From Magallana gigas (lineage: Eukaryota), in assembly GCF_963853765.1 (NCBI RefSeq), contig NC_088857.1, positions 38,626,001 to 38,690,000 of the forward strand: a DNA stretch of 64,000 bases. The letters run 5' to 3'. The notes under the pieces are model-generated. The model had not been told where the DNA came from, did not search any database, and saw only the letters and a list, made by a program, of their open reading frames with translations. Made by a program: the position numbers and the translations under genes. Of this stretch, positions 11,201 through 23,693 are shown piece by piece. How positions within the stretch are numbered: the first letter of the stretch is position 1; every line of letters begins with the position of its first letter.

Positions 11201-14200
11201 AATTCATTTGGAGGAGAAGACATCAGGGTTTAACGTGTATTTATAAGACTACTGTTAGTCTTTAGGACACAGACTTATCAATATCAAACTTAAACAATTT
11301 AAAGATATTGCCGAAGCTCGAGGGTTTTAAAAGATAATTTCTTTAATATTTTTTTCGTTCTTTTTCCCCTTGAGGAATTCAATTACACTTGTAATTCACG
11401 AAGGTTTAATTGTGTAGAGAGGTGACACCGCATATCCCAATAGTAGTAGAAAGACCTGTCCTGTTTTCTAGAGAATAACTTCCTTTACTATAAACTGAAT
11501 TATTGATACGGAAGTTTTACAACAAAGTTTGACAATTCCAATTTGTGACGAACTACAAGTAATCTTAGATCACCATCATACCAGAGTGTGGGAATTTTGA
11601 CATTTTATTAAAAAAATTGTGGGTTTATTGCCAATTGTGAAAAGATAATGTCCAATTTATTTACTTTTATTTATACTGCGTTTAAATCAGATCAAAAGTA
11701 TCACCCAGAGTTTAATGGTTCGTTCAAACAAAACTTTCCCAAAATTTTCTCCTCTGAATCTCTGTTTGGCATCTTTCAAATTCTTTTGTAATGGAGTTTC
11801 TGGGTTTCAACATGCTCTTCGGTACACAGTTGAAACAGGTGCTCTTAAGAACCCTTGCAGGCTTAGTTGAGTGCATTCTTTCTTAATGAATCAATGTTAA
11901 TTAAAGCATGTATATTATCTGCACAAACAGTCAAACGACGGTTGCATATCCCCATTGATCAATGCTATAAAAAGACAAATTTCGTTTTCGCTTTCCGTTT
12001 CGGTTTTTTTTTCTTGCTTTTAAAATAACGAAGAGTCAATCTTTAGGTAGCTGTTCCTTTCTTAATATATATATTCCTATCTATACCACTACAACCACCG
12101 CAAAGGAATGTCTGGCTTGTTCAAATGCCAACTAACTAAACGGTTTCTCCATTCTGTTTTATGTTGTTGTGATGAAACGTTCAAAAAACGACCCCTGAGT
12201 GTCATACCACGGCTCTCTCATGGAACTACATGCAACTACATGTACTTGTGAGAATTCTCTTGTAATTGTGTGAACACAAATTACACTCCGTGGGTCACAC
12301 TGTCAACTGTGTACAAAATGAGAATCAAAAGGTGCAGCTGTTTTTAGGGTGGTTATCTTTTACTTCTTCCCCCTGGGGTCTCAAACAGACATGTACGTTG
12401 GCTAGACATCGATTGCATAAGTCTGCACGTTGTTTTAACAAGTTTGGATCTAAAAGCCTCTGCTTATTTCATATAGACCTAAAAATAATTCCCCCAATGA
12501 GTTACGTAATTTGTTGTTTGCCTTGACAACTATTTTTGTTTTGTTTTGTTTTTTAATTCATTTTTAGCTCACCGAGACGAAGTCAAGGAGAGCTTATGCT
12601 ATACCCTCGGCGTCGGCGGTGGCGTCGGCGTCGGCGTCGGCGTCGGCGTCCGGACCTGGTTAAAGTTTTTGTTGCAGGTCCTGTATCCAAGCTATTACTT
12701 GTCCTATCTTCACCAAACTTGCATGGATGATGCATCTGGACCTACTTATGGAATTGAAAGACTTGGATGCTGAATCTGGGTCCTAAATTTTAGATGCTGG
12801 AGGAGTTTAAGGTTGTTGGACCAGGTTAAAGTTTTTGTTGCAGGTGCCCTTTGATAGCAATATCTAAGTTACTGCTTGTCCGTACTTCACCAAACTTGCA
12901 TGGATGGTGTGCCTTATGATACTGATGCACCAGACAGGCTTGAGTGCTGAATCTAAGCTATAGGTTTCGGATGCTGGAGGAGGTTAAGGTTTTTGGAGCA
13001 GGTTAAAGTTTTTGTTGCGGGTGCCCATTGATAGCAATATCTAAGTTACTACTGGTCCTAACTTCACCAAACTTGTATGGATGATGCGTCTTATGATACT
13101 GATGCACCTGACAAGCTTGAATGCTGAATCTGAGCAATAGGTTTCGGATGCTGGAAGAGGTTAAGGTTTTTAGAGCTGATTAAAGTTTTTGTTGCAGGTG
13201 CCCTCTGATGATTATATCTTAGTTACTACTGGTCCTAACTTCACCAAACTTGTATGGATGGTGCGTCGTATGATACTGATGCACCTGACAAGCTTGAATG
13301 CTGAATCTGAGCAATAGGTTTCGGATGCTGGAGGAGGTTAAGGTTTTAAGAGCTGGTTAAATAAAGTTTTTGAAACAGGTGCCCTCTGATGATGATATCT
13401 TAGTTATTACTTGTCCTTACTTCACCAGACTTCCATGGATGGTGTGTCTTATGATACTGATGCACCTGACAGGCTTGAATGCTGAGTCTGGTTTCGGATG
13501 CTGGATAAAGTTAAGTTTTTAGGAACAGGTCACATGTTTAATAGATGATAGTACTATTTCAAACTTGCATAGTTGATTTAACTGTAATATGAATGAATTG
13601 CAGAGGTAGCTTCAGATGCAGAGCTTGATCTCCATTATCAAGGATGCTAAAAAATAAATCTTAGTTATTACAGGTCCTAACTTCACCAAACTTGAATGGA
13701 TGGTGTGTCTTATGATACAGATGCACCTGACAGGCATGGATGCTGAATCTGAGCCATAGGTTGCGGATGCTGGAGGAAGTTAAGGTTTTAATTGCTAGTG
13801 CCCTCTGATGATGATATCTTAGTTATTACTGGTCCAAACTTCACCAAACTTGCATGGATGATGCGTCTTATGATACCAATGCACCTGATGGGCTTGAATG
13901 CTGAATCTGAGCCATAGGTTTCGGATGCTGGATGAGGTTTAGTTTTTTGGAACAGGTCACATGTTTTATAGATGATAGCTTGCATAGTTGATTTAACTTT
14001 ATTATAAATTAAATGCAGAGGTTGCTTCAGATGCAGAGCCTGATCTCCATTATCAAGGATGCTAAAGAAATCTCCTACCTCACTCAAACCAGCTCAATAG
14101 ATAGATGTGTTTGTTGATAAATGATATAACATGATTTCTATGATATAGTTTTGTATGATATGAAACAATATTGTTTGATATGATACAATATGATATCATA

Positions 14201-17200
14201 TGTTATATTATAAAAGTTATATGATACCATATGATATTGTATCATTTTTTTATTTTATTTTATGATATTGTATCATGATATTGTTATGTATAGTATTGTA
14301 TATTATGATACAATATTGTATAATATTATATTGTATTTTTAATTTATTATTTTATCACATGATACAATTACATAAGATATTGCAAAATATTATATTGTAT
14401 CCTATGAAACAATATTGTATATTCTATAATATTGTATCATACAATATTGTATAATATGATATTGGTTTCAGTAATATAGAATTATATCACATGAAATTGT
14501 ATTATATGATATTGTAATATTATATAATATTGTATCATACGATATTGTATGATATGATATTGGTTTTTATGATATATTATCATATCACATGAAATTGTAT
14601 TATATGATATTGTAATATATATTATTATGTCATATGATACAATATGTATAATATAATAATGTATTTTATAATATTTTACTTTATCACATGATATTGTATC
14701 ATTTGATAAGATACAATGTTGGAATCAAATTATATTGTATTATATGATATAATATCATATAATGTATCAAATATGTTTCAGTGTCATTCAATACAATATC
14801 ATACTATATTATACAATATAATATCATGTTTCAATGTTATGATGTATTATGTAATATGATATTGTAATATAATACTATATTGTATAATATTTTATGATAT
14901 TGTATTATGTGATCAAATACAATAAGGTATAACACAATACAATGTCATATTATAAGTTAGAATATCATATCTCATTATTGTTTATTACGGTATTTTATTG
15001 TATTATATGATATATATTATAAATATGACATGATGCAATATTTAATTTTATATCATTGTATTGATTAACATATGAACATATGATTATCATAAAAAAATTT
15101 ATCAGATGATATTCGATATTTTGTCAAAACAGAATCCATGAATATCCAAGATCATAAAGTATGATTTTCATATAAAATGATAAAGGTGGTCTTATGTAGG
15201 TGATGTCTCATAAGGGTGATGCTCCGTCTCGGTGAGCTTAGTAATCTATGATTACCTATGTTTTTTTCTTCAGCAGACAAATAAATTCTTATCAGAAATC
15301 TTTGTACCAGAATGTGATGATATTAGTTAGGTTACTCTGTTGGTTTATTTATATACTTTTATTTTTTAAGTGCTGTTTGTGAAAGTGAAGACGAGTTTTT
15401 CTTTCGATATGCAGCATCACTTTAATAACACTCAAGTACTTCGAAAGGCAATGCACGTGCCAAAACTTTAGGCGTTTTGTTTAATGTACTCGACTAAACA
15501 ATTTAAACTGAATTAAATACTTGAAAGAGGAGGCCAATTCATCGCCTCTTGTTGTTTGTGCCAAATCAGACGCTTTAAATTGCTTCGTGAATTATAACAG
15601 ACGCACAAAATGTTTTGAATCACCGTCAAATAATACTGAAAAGAAATGAATTATGTAGAATTCTATAGGTGGGTACTGTATACAGGGTTATTTTCGCCCC
15701 GTGTTATTTTCGCCCTTCTTCACTTGCAAACGGTTTTGCCCCGTCTTAAATTCGCCAAGATACGCTTGTGTACTAAAGAGATAATTTTGAACATTAAAAT
15801 TCACCCAGTTTTAAATTCGCCCGCTGACAACGAGGTCGAAAGGGGCGAAAATAAAACGGGGGCGGACATTTCCCCGTATACAATATATATTGGTCAAATA
15901 AAAAGAATATTTTCATTCTAGCTTATATTTAAAAATGAATGTAAATACAAATGTGACACGTGTTTCATTAATTATTCAAAGACTCCGTTTAACACCACCT
16001 ATATCGATTACAAGTCTTTGTCTCCGATTTCAAGCTAATGTCTTTTGATTGCGTATGCTTTCTGTGCATTGTATTTTCCCGCACACATTCAAGATGGCGC
16101 CGTTTCATTTCCAGATATTTCTCGAAAACAATAGTTTGAACTAGACCATGCAGTTTGAGCTATAGATATCGAGTAATCGATATCCAAGAAACGACCGAAT
16201 GATTGGAGAATAGCGATGATGAATCATTAATTTAGTGAAACAATTTGTCGTCAAATACTGGTAGAAGCAGACGACACGCCGTTACCTGGCATTTTGTTGA
16301 CGTAATAAAATTTCGATACGGTTTATATTGTCAGGCACTCTTTAAGCGAAAAAATAAAATGTATCAAGGATCTACGGACAAATTTCTTGCTGACTACATT
16401 TTTCGCCTAAACGGTTAGCCAGATGTGAGCAGCTTTCGGTTTGAAGTAAAAATAACCCTTGACCTTGGATAGTTTACTGTCCGAACACAAACTCCAAGGC
16501 AACATTATACACAATTTATAGCTAAGAAACGTGAAATAACAACATCGCCCTCCAGGTGTGGGATCTTGTTTATTTCTTCTTTATACCACTGCAGGTAAAT
16601 TTAATATCAAGTATTACGTAACCGAAATGTTAATTTTTTCTTGTGGAAAAAAGTGAATTTTTCTATTTAAATCAAATTTTTCGTGTGGGCTGGAATTTTA
16701 ACCGTAGACGATGGGAAACATTTCAAACACCACAAGCACATTTAAATATAACCTCGGAACTCTGACAGTAGAAAGCATTTAATACGAAGAGTGGGTTAAC
16801 TGGCCCTTTTATACACTGTAGGAGAAGACCAATGAAATAATAAAAGAATTTGCATGCATCGGAATTCCTCTAGATTTGAGTTCCAAATGAACAGTTAAGT
16901 TCGTTTTATTTGGCATGCATCGGAAACCATCCAGACTAAGTTTCTCGCCTGAGCTTTGCAGTCAGTTTAGTCTCGGTAGTACCTCTTACATTGGTGACAG
17001 GGAACAGTACAGATCTAACAATCACGTATAGCTAGCTATATTCTACTTAATGCGGCCTTCTCTTGTTATAGCAAATACGCATTTTCGGAATTAAGGAAAA
17101 GAGTAGTGATACCCTGACCAAGTCGTGTGTTGGTCAATTACAGCTTTTCTTAAAATGTCTTTATTGTCCTAAAGTGATAGAAACATATTGTTAGTAATAA

Positions 17201-20200
17201 TTGTGTATACCATTCCTTCCTACGTGTATGCATAATTATATATTACGATGGTAGTAAAATGGAAAGGTTATTAAAATAATAATAATTCGTATAAAAATGC
17301 ATATTTTTCTTTTTTGATATTGATATGCAATTTGCACCAGCTTTTTTTAACGGTGAGCGTGTGTAAAATGAAATTCAAATTGACCTTTTTTTAAAAAAAT
17401 GTTATTATACAATTGTTAATCTTATTCTGCGAAACGAATTTTACTTCCTGTTGAGGATGCAGGTTTAGTGCAACAGTACGTATATCATTTTTATACGTTA
17501 TGAATAAAAAAAAGCCACCCACCAAACAAACACTTAGAGCTTAAATGTAAATAATATATATGAATATTAATACATGCATTGAAACAGTCCAATGAAGTCA
17601 TAAGCTTAAGTAAGTACTGCACTAGTATCTAAATGTGACCTCTGATGAAAACCGTACAAAGCAGAATAAAACAGGGAAGTTGTTATATGACACAGTCTTG
17701 AAAGTCATGATTATAGAAGTAGTCCATATATAATCCATGGTGTGTAAACACACCACTTTCCTTGCCAACATTATTATGTAATCTGTAAACAGAAAGTGTG
17801 CACGTTGCTTGATAAATGTTCAAATGGTAATCGACAGTCTTTTATTATCTATTGCAATGGAACAGCAAGCATCACAGATCGCATGCCCTGTCAATATTTT
17901 GTCGGAATTCAGAGGTCGACAGGCACATTGTAACGTTCTGTTAGGCTATCAACAGCTCCGCAAACATTACCAAACAATGTGCTTAGATTGCCATTAAAAC
18001 GCAAATATTTAGGAGATGAAAAACTTTGTTCCAACCCAGGGTTAGGCTAGGGCCATTGCATTAAGTCAAAGGTTTTTGCCATGTAGGTTTATCGAAACTG
18101 TTGACAAAGTTGAGGCCCTTGGATAATGCACATTCTTTTAAATACATGTAAATTGTTTGTGAAGATGGGGGCGGCAAAGTAGTTGTAAGGGTCAAATTCA
18201 CAACCATAAAGCCATAATTAAAAAATGCAACATGATAAAAATAGTACGTACTCTTCACCGTTAAATTACAGGAATTTTTTTGGTTATATATCAACCACTT
18301 GAAAAAATCCCAACATTTACATGAAATCATGAGTTTAAGCTTGTCAGCATGATATTAATGTTACTTTGATTTCTACTTCAGCTGCTGGGATGTGCTATGT
18401 TAGGAGTCGGGATCTGGCTCCTCGTCAGCGATGACTTCACAAAATATTCCGATGCCGATGATAGTTTGAGTTTCATCTACACTGGAGCCTACATCCTTGT
18501 GGCTATTGGCGGCCTAATAATGATAATCGGCTTCTTAGGATGTTGTGGCGCAATTAGGGAAAGCCAATGTATGCTGGGATGTGTAAGTTTCCCATCTGGT
18601 AAACTGAATATCCGATGATTATACAGACAATTATTAAAATCCAATACTTTATATAATAAGTTAAAGGACGACGTCTTATTACCTCTCGCTCAACTAATTA
18701 ATTATAACCACAGTGACAGAATGTGGCATTTGCATTGCCTGCTTGGGTGTAAAAGCACTCTAACGAAAACTGAAAATACATGAACACATTAAAATTAATT
18801 CTATTTGCTCCTTTAAACAACTTTAGTTTACTACAGTACATGTAAATTTAAATGTTCGGTCATTTTCGTTTCGTTATGACTCCTGGCTAAGTACAGTGTA
18901 AAGTCATTTATATTCATGGATAATTTCGTGAGGATTTATTTTCGTGGATTTTTTTTTTCATTTTATTTTACTAATAAATAATTACTCTATTCAACCTCAT
19001 AATTGAGTTTTCAACTCAGATCCATGGAGCAGTGATGACTTTTTAGTGCAAGCGCCTGCTTTGAATTTTTTCCCCGAAAAAACTACACCTACTAGTATTA
19101 CTTATGTATTATAATTAATGCCAATAAATGTGGGTACGAAGATTCACAAACTACACGAAATAGACCTATAACCAATTTGTCTTGATGTACTTTGGTGACA
19201 CGCGTACATGTATTCTTAAAAAAGCTGTCGTTACAGTTTGGTATAATAAAGCAGTCTTATTTGTCTCTTTAGTTCTTTTTCCTGTTATTCATCATCTTTG
19301 CGGTCTTACTTGGGGCTGGAATCTGGGCAGTTATTTCGAAAGATGAAGTAAGTATAAAGAATTAAACTGCATAAATAACTCAAATAATGATTTTATTTAC
19401 TATAAATATAATTCTGAGTATAAAGTGGTCAAAGTGTATACCATCAACGTTATTCCATTTTCAATGTTTTTGTACACGCTTTAAAAACTTTCTTCTTCAG
19501 GTACGGTCAATAGTGAAAGAAGTATTAGATAAACAGATTGAGCGAGCATGTGACCCTAAAGAACCCAACTCGAAGAGTTTGAACTTTCTTAACCACGTAC
19601 AGGAACAGGCAAGTGTTTGGACGGAAGGGATGACATCATTTTATCAACAACGTTTACCATTTTGATTTAAAGAGTTTAAAGGACCTAGACACGATTTTAG
19701 ATGAACATTTTATCAATATGTGTAAAATGGTTTACTTGACGTGTATTTTTAATGATTCACCGAAATTTGAATGTAAGGAGTCAAGATATAAGCGAAATAC
19801 AGAGGAAAGAAGTTGTTGTTTTGTAAACAAAGCTCAAGTCTTATATTTGTTTACAAATAATGTAAAGTAATTACCTTTTTTGACAAAATAGCTTGTGTCA
19901 GACAGAGTAAACTGATTCAATAAGTTCATGAATATATTATCAACAGCAAAAAGCAACATAAGATTGAAACTTATACCAATACAACACATAAGTAAACATT
20001 AACAAGACTCGAGTTTTGTTTACAAAACAGAGAATTCTTACCTCTTCAAATAACTGCTTGTAACTCAATTTTTGACTTTCAAATTTTACATAGCATAGAA
20101 CATTCATGTTGATAATTATAGACATTACAAATGAAAAAATAATTTTTAAAAAAAATTTAAGCTCAAATCATGATTAATTAATTAAGTCCCTTTAATTTCA

Positions 20201-21515
20201 TGATATATGTCTTGAGTTTTTGTAGTCTTTTACATTGGGAACTTTTTGTCATTGTCATTTGTCAAAATCGATCATATTTCTGAATTATTGTTAATGAAGA
20301 CCTAATATGCTGCTTTTTAATAGAAAGTAACAGTATAGCTTTGGCTTCACGGAGAACGATGTAAAATTCACGTGACATAGCACCTGTAACGCATTACATT
20401 GTAAGCGCGTGTTTGTTCTTTTGTCGAACATTTGAACAATTGCTGTATCATGCTGAAATTTATGACAATATTAAAGCATGCATCATTCTTCTTCGAAGAT
20501 GACAGATAAAGTGATGATATAACATGTACTTTGTGTTTACCTTTGTATACATGAACATATTAATGATACATGTATATATTTATATAAGTTTTAATGTATT
20601 TTCTAGTTCCAATGCTGTGGGGTCAACGGTATAATTGATTACACAGATTTTGCCACGTGTAATGCCTCCTCCTCAGAACCTTGCCGTGCGTTAAACATCA
20701 ACAATGTAAGAAGGATCTTAAACTTCATCCAACTTTTTTCCACTGATAAAGTTCATTATAGGGCTTCGGCCTTGCTTATATCGTTGAAGAGTGCAGGGGC
20801 CTTTAAACGAAGGAGGCCTTCAAGATGCATTCTCAACATTAACTTAAAGAAGTTAATGTTTCAAAATCTCTTCCTCATTTAACAAGGAAGCATGCTCTAG
20901 AGTAAAGAAAAACTTGCCTTATTTTTGACAGAGTTGTATATTGTACTGGTACCGTATGCTCATGATTTAGAATTCTGTCTCTCTTTATATCAATAAAATA
21001 AGAAAGTTGAATAATATACATGTACATTAGTTGAATATCGTATTTCAGTATTTTGGAGAGAGTACTAGTTAACATGCCGTCCTCATTTATATCAAGGAAA
21101 TAATAACTTGTGGCAAGACTTAAGACTAAGAGTAACCCCCCCCCCCCCCTCCTTCCATGGAAACACATCAAGAAAGTTTAATATTATACATTATACAACT
21201 GCAATGCTCAGTTTTGTGGGTTTTTTCCATTTGTACAGGGTTGCTTAGACAAAGCTAGCGCTTGGTTCGAACAGAATATTCTCATTGTTGCTGGGGTAGC
21301 AATAGGAATTGCAGTGGTTTTGGTAAGACTTGATAGGAAATATGTACTTGTAAATTTTAAGTTAAAATATAATCATACCTCTCAGTTATCATTTTTCACT
21401 TAAATAAACATTCCTCATATTTGTGTGAATTTCAATACTTTTTGATTGTTTGTAGATTTTGGGAATGATCTTCTCAATAGTGCTGTGCTGTGCAATCAGG
21501 GACATCCAGGCGTAA
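8272..21515 (+). CDS. Tetraspanin, 230 aa, 7 coding exons
   Basis: Exons 8272-8337, 18382-18582, 19273-19347, 19501-19608, 20607-20705, 21239-21322, 21456-21515; all introns phase 0. Motifs CIKYLMFAFNFLFW, GFLGCCGAIRESQCML, VQEQFQCCG, GCLDK and four hydrophobic segments. Intron 4 has a GC donor. Confidence 0.95.
12661..14066 (+). repeat. Satellite-like array inside the HINE (monomers ~166-181 bp)
   Basis: TAAAGTTTTTG anchor at 12661, 12827, 13004, 13181, 13362 with recurring CTTCACCAAACTTG. It is followed by a duplicated variant block (~13525-13650 and ~13952-14066). Confidence 0.85.
14130..15070. repeat. Extremely AT-rich low-complexity tract of degenerate (ATATGATATTGTATT)-like units
   Basis: About 940 bp of ATATGAT/ATTGTAT words, located inside the HINE boundaries. 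Confidence 0.85.
15676..15883 (+). mobile_element. Tc1/mariner-like MITE (CTGTATAC termini)
   Basis: TA-CTGTATACAGGG...CCCCGTATACAA-TA with internal inverted ATTTTCGCCCC / GGGGCGAAAAT repeats. Confidence 0.75.
19680..20191 (+). mobile_element. Kolobok-like element, family A copy 2 (tetraspanin intron 4)
   Basis: TTAA on both sides; diverged TIRs AGGACCTAGACACGATTT / ...AAGTCCCT; interior similar to copies 1 and 3. Confidence 0.75.
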
Positions 21516-23693
21516 ATGGTAAAGGCAAAAGTAAAATATGTAGATTAACAACAACTTCGGTAAAGTTACATGATTGTATGTTTGTAAAAAAAAAAAAACC
21601 AAGGTAACTATTGATTACAATAATGGTACCATTCCAATTTTCATTTTTCCGTAATACATTAATTTAAGGTAATATTCCTTTACATTATCATAAAGTTTTT
21701 AATTTTAATCTTATATAAGTAATTGTTTTTCATTTTAATAAAAAGCTGTGTTACATTGTATTAACAGTAGTATTGTGTTTTACATTACATGGTTTTCATT
21801 TGAAAAAAGAAAGAGCTGTGTTGAAATTAATAATTCAGTTCAAACCTATTCATATGTATTCTCTATTAGGTGTGGGAAAACCCTCGATCACCATTTGGCA
21901 GGAAGACTCATTCAAAAGCAGCAGCAATATTTGTCAGATGTTGTAAATGGTGCCTTTTATGATTTTTGCTATGTGTTTTTATGTGCTTGGAAGCAAGTGG
22001 GCTCTACCTTAACCTACGTTCCATTTCTGTATGTGAAATAAAAAAAACCTCTCGATACTGCACGGCAACAGGTTTCATTGAATCCACCTGAATTTATCTA
22101 TATCACATAATTGATAACAGGAAATTAGTAACTACTTTGTATACACAGGACAACAGAAAGAATATTACTGAAATGACATATGTTATTTGTATGCATGGAG
22201 ATTATTAGACAATGTGTGTAAACGATTAAAATAGTCACGTGACTGACAGTCGATCTTGTGCTTCATTGGTAGCAGATGGTCTGAATTGTTTCATGACGTT
22301 CACATCATTGGGAAAAAATCACGAACCAAGAATAAGATCATTAAATGTATGTCATTGCTAAATGAGAGTGCAATATAAAGATTAGACTTCGATGTATCAT
22401 GGGAATGAAGCAAGAACTCTTACTTCCGGTTTTTTGACTTCCGGTCTAATTTTTCTCGTTCTACAATATCGCTCTAGTTCACAGTGCCTGATTTTTATCC
22501 CAGAGGCGCCGAAAACGATGAACATGATCTCTCAACCAGTGAAACTTTAAATAAGCAGTTTTAAACCGTATGCATACTTTGTCTTCGGTTAGTGAATGGT
22601 AGATAAAATATAAATGAATCTCGTGAATGTTGTAAAATTTTGTTAAATCATACACAGGTTTTGTCTGTGACAAATATGCATCTTCAATGTATGTATACTA
22701 TTTTTTGATTATCGTGATTTATAAATATGATTGTACACTTGATGTAAATTAACTAGTATTGTATTTAGTTGTTTTTATCAACAGTTTTTCTATTACTTAA
22801 AATTAGTTAGATTTATTTGAAATTTTAGTGTATATGCACATATGTTAGTTGTTGCTTTTTATACCTGCTAGTTACCTAGATATTTATCTTTTTTATGTAT
22901 CATCTACAAAAAAATATTGTTCTAAGTTTTTGAGCAATTTTATGTTTCCAAATATTTTAAAAAAAGGAAATTTTAAAACAAATTGAAAGTTCGGTTTTCA
23001 GCAATATCATGACAGAATTTATAAAAAAAATCAAACAACTTTGAATAATTAATTAAAAGGTGGTGATATTTTTCTTAAAATACGAAAATTAACAGGTGTA
23101 GTACTTAATGTTATTGCAAGTTTTTAAATTTATCTAAGGTATTGACTGAAGTGATGGATGACAATTTACAAGTCAAACTTTTTTTAACATTATTTGGGAT
23201 TTTAATCATTAAACTAGAAATGTATTGACACAGTTTGTTATTTATGACAAATGGTAAAGAAGAAGACCAAACATCACATGGTTGGCATACACGAATATAT
23301 TGCGGGCAAAAAATATATAATTCAATACACACTTGTAGATCTAGCCCCAATAGCTTTTTCTCTTTTTACAACATGCTATTTTACGAAGCAATGTGGACAA
23401 TGGGGCCTCTTTTTAAAATCATTTTCCAGCTACAAACATCCATTATGAGGGCGATGGTTTTGAAATCAGAATAAACTGTCCCATGAGAGGATTGTCTTTC
23501 AGCAGATCATTTTGAAACTGCTTTCAGGAGTTCATTCATGCATAAATATGGGCACACAAAACCTAAAATAGAAAAAGGCGATTAGAATGGTCCTGTTACA
23601 TGATTTGATATGAATACGTTAAGCTTCAGAACACAGCTTATTTAATTATCAATAAAAAGCAACGGTTATAATTTTCCAATAACTTGGAATACA

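Larger units (their letters stand above)
12565..15260 (+). mobile_element. Helentron-type non-autonomous element (HINE) in tetraspanin intron 1
   Basis: SubTIR TAGCTCACCGAGACG (12565-12579) and its complement CGTCTCGGTGAGCT (15225-15238), 3' hairpin GTAATC-TAT-GATTAC (15241-15255), T-rich flanks, (GGCGTC)n near the 5' end and central tandem repeats. Confidence 0.8.

Noticed and set aside
22420-22446. Tandem ETS-like ACTTCCGG motifs between the tetraspanin and calpain 3' ends
   Set aside because: No associated first exon or gene could be supported; possibly a TE remnant.
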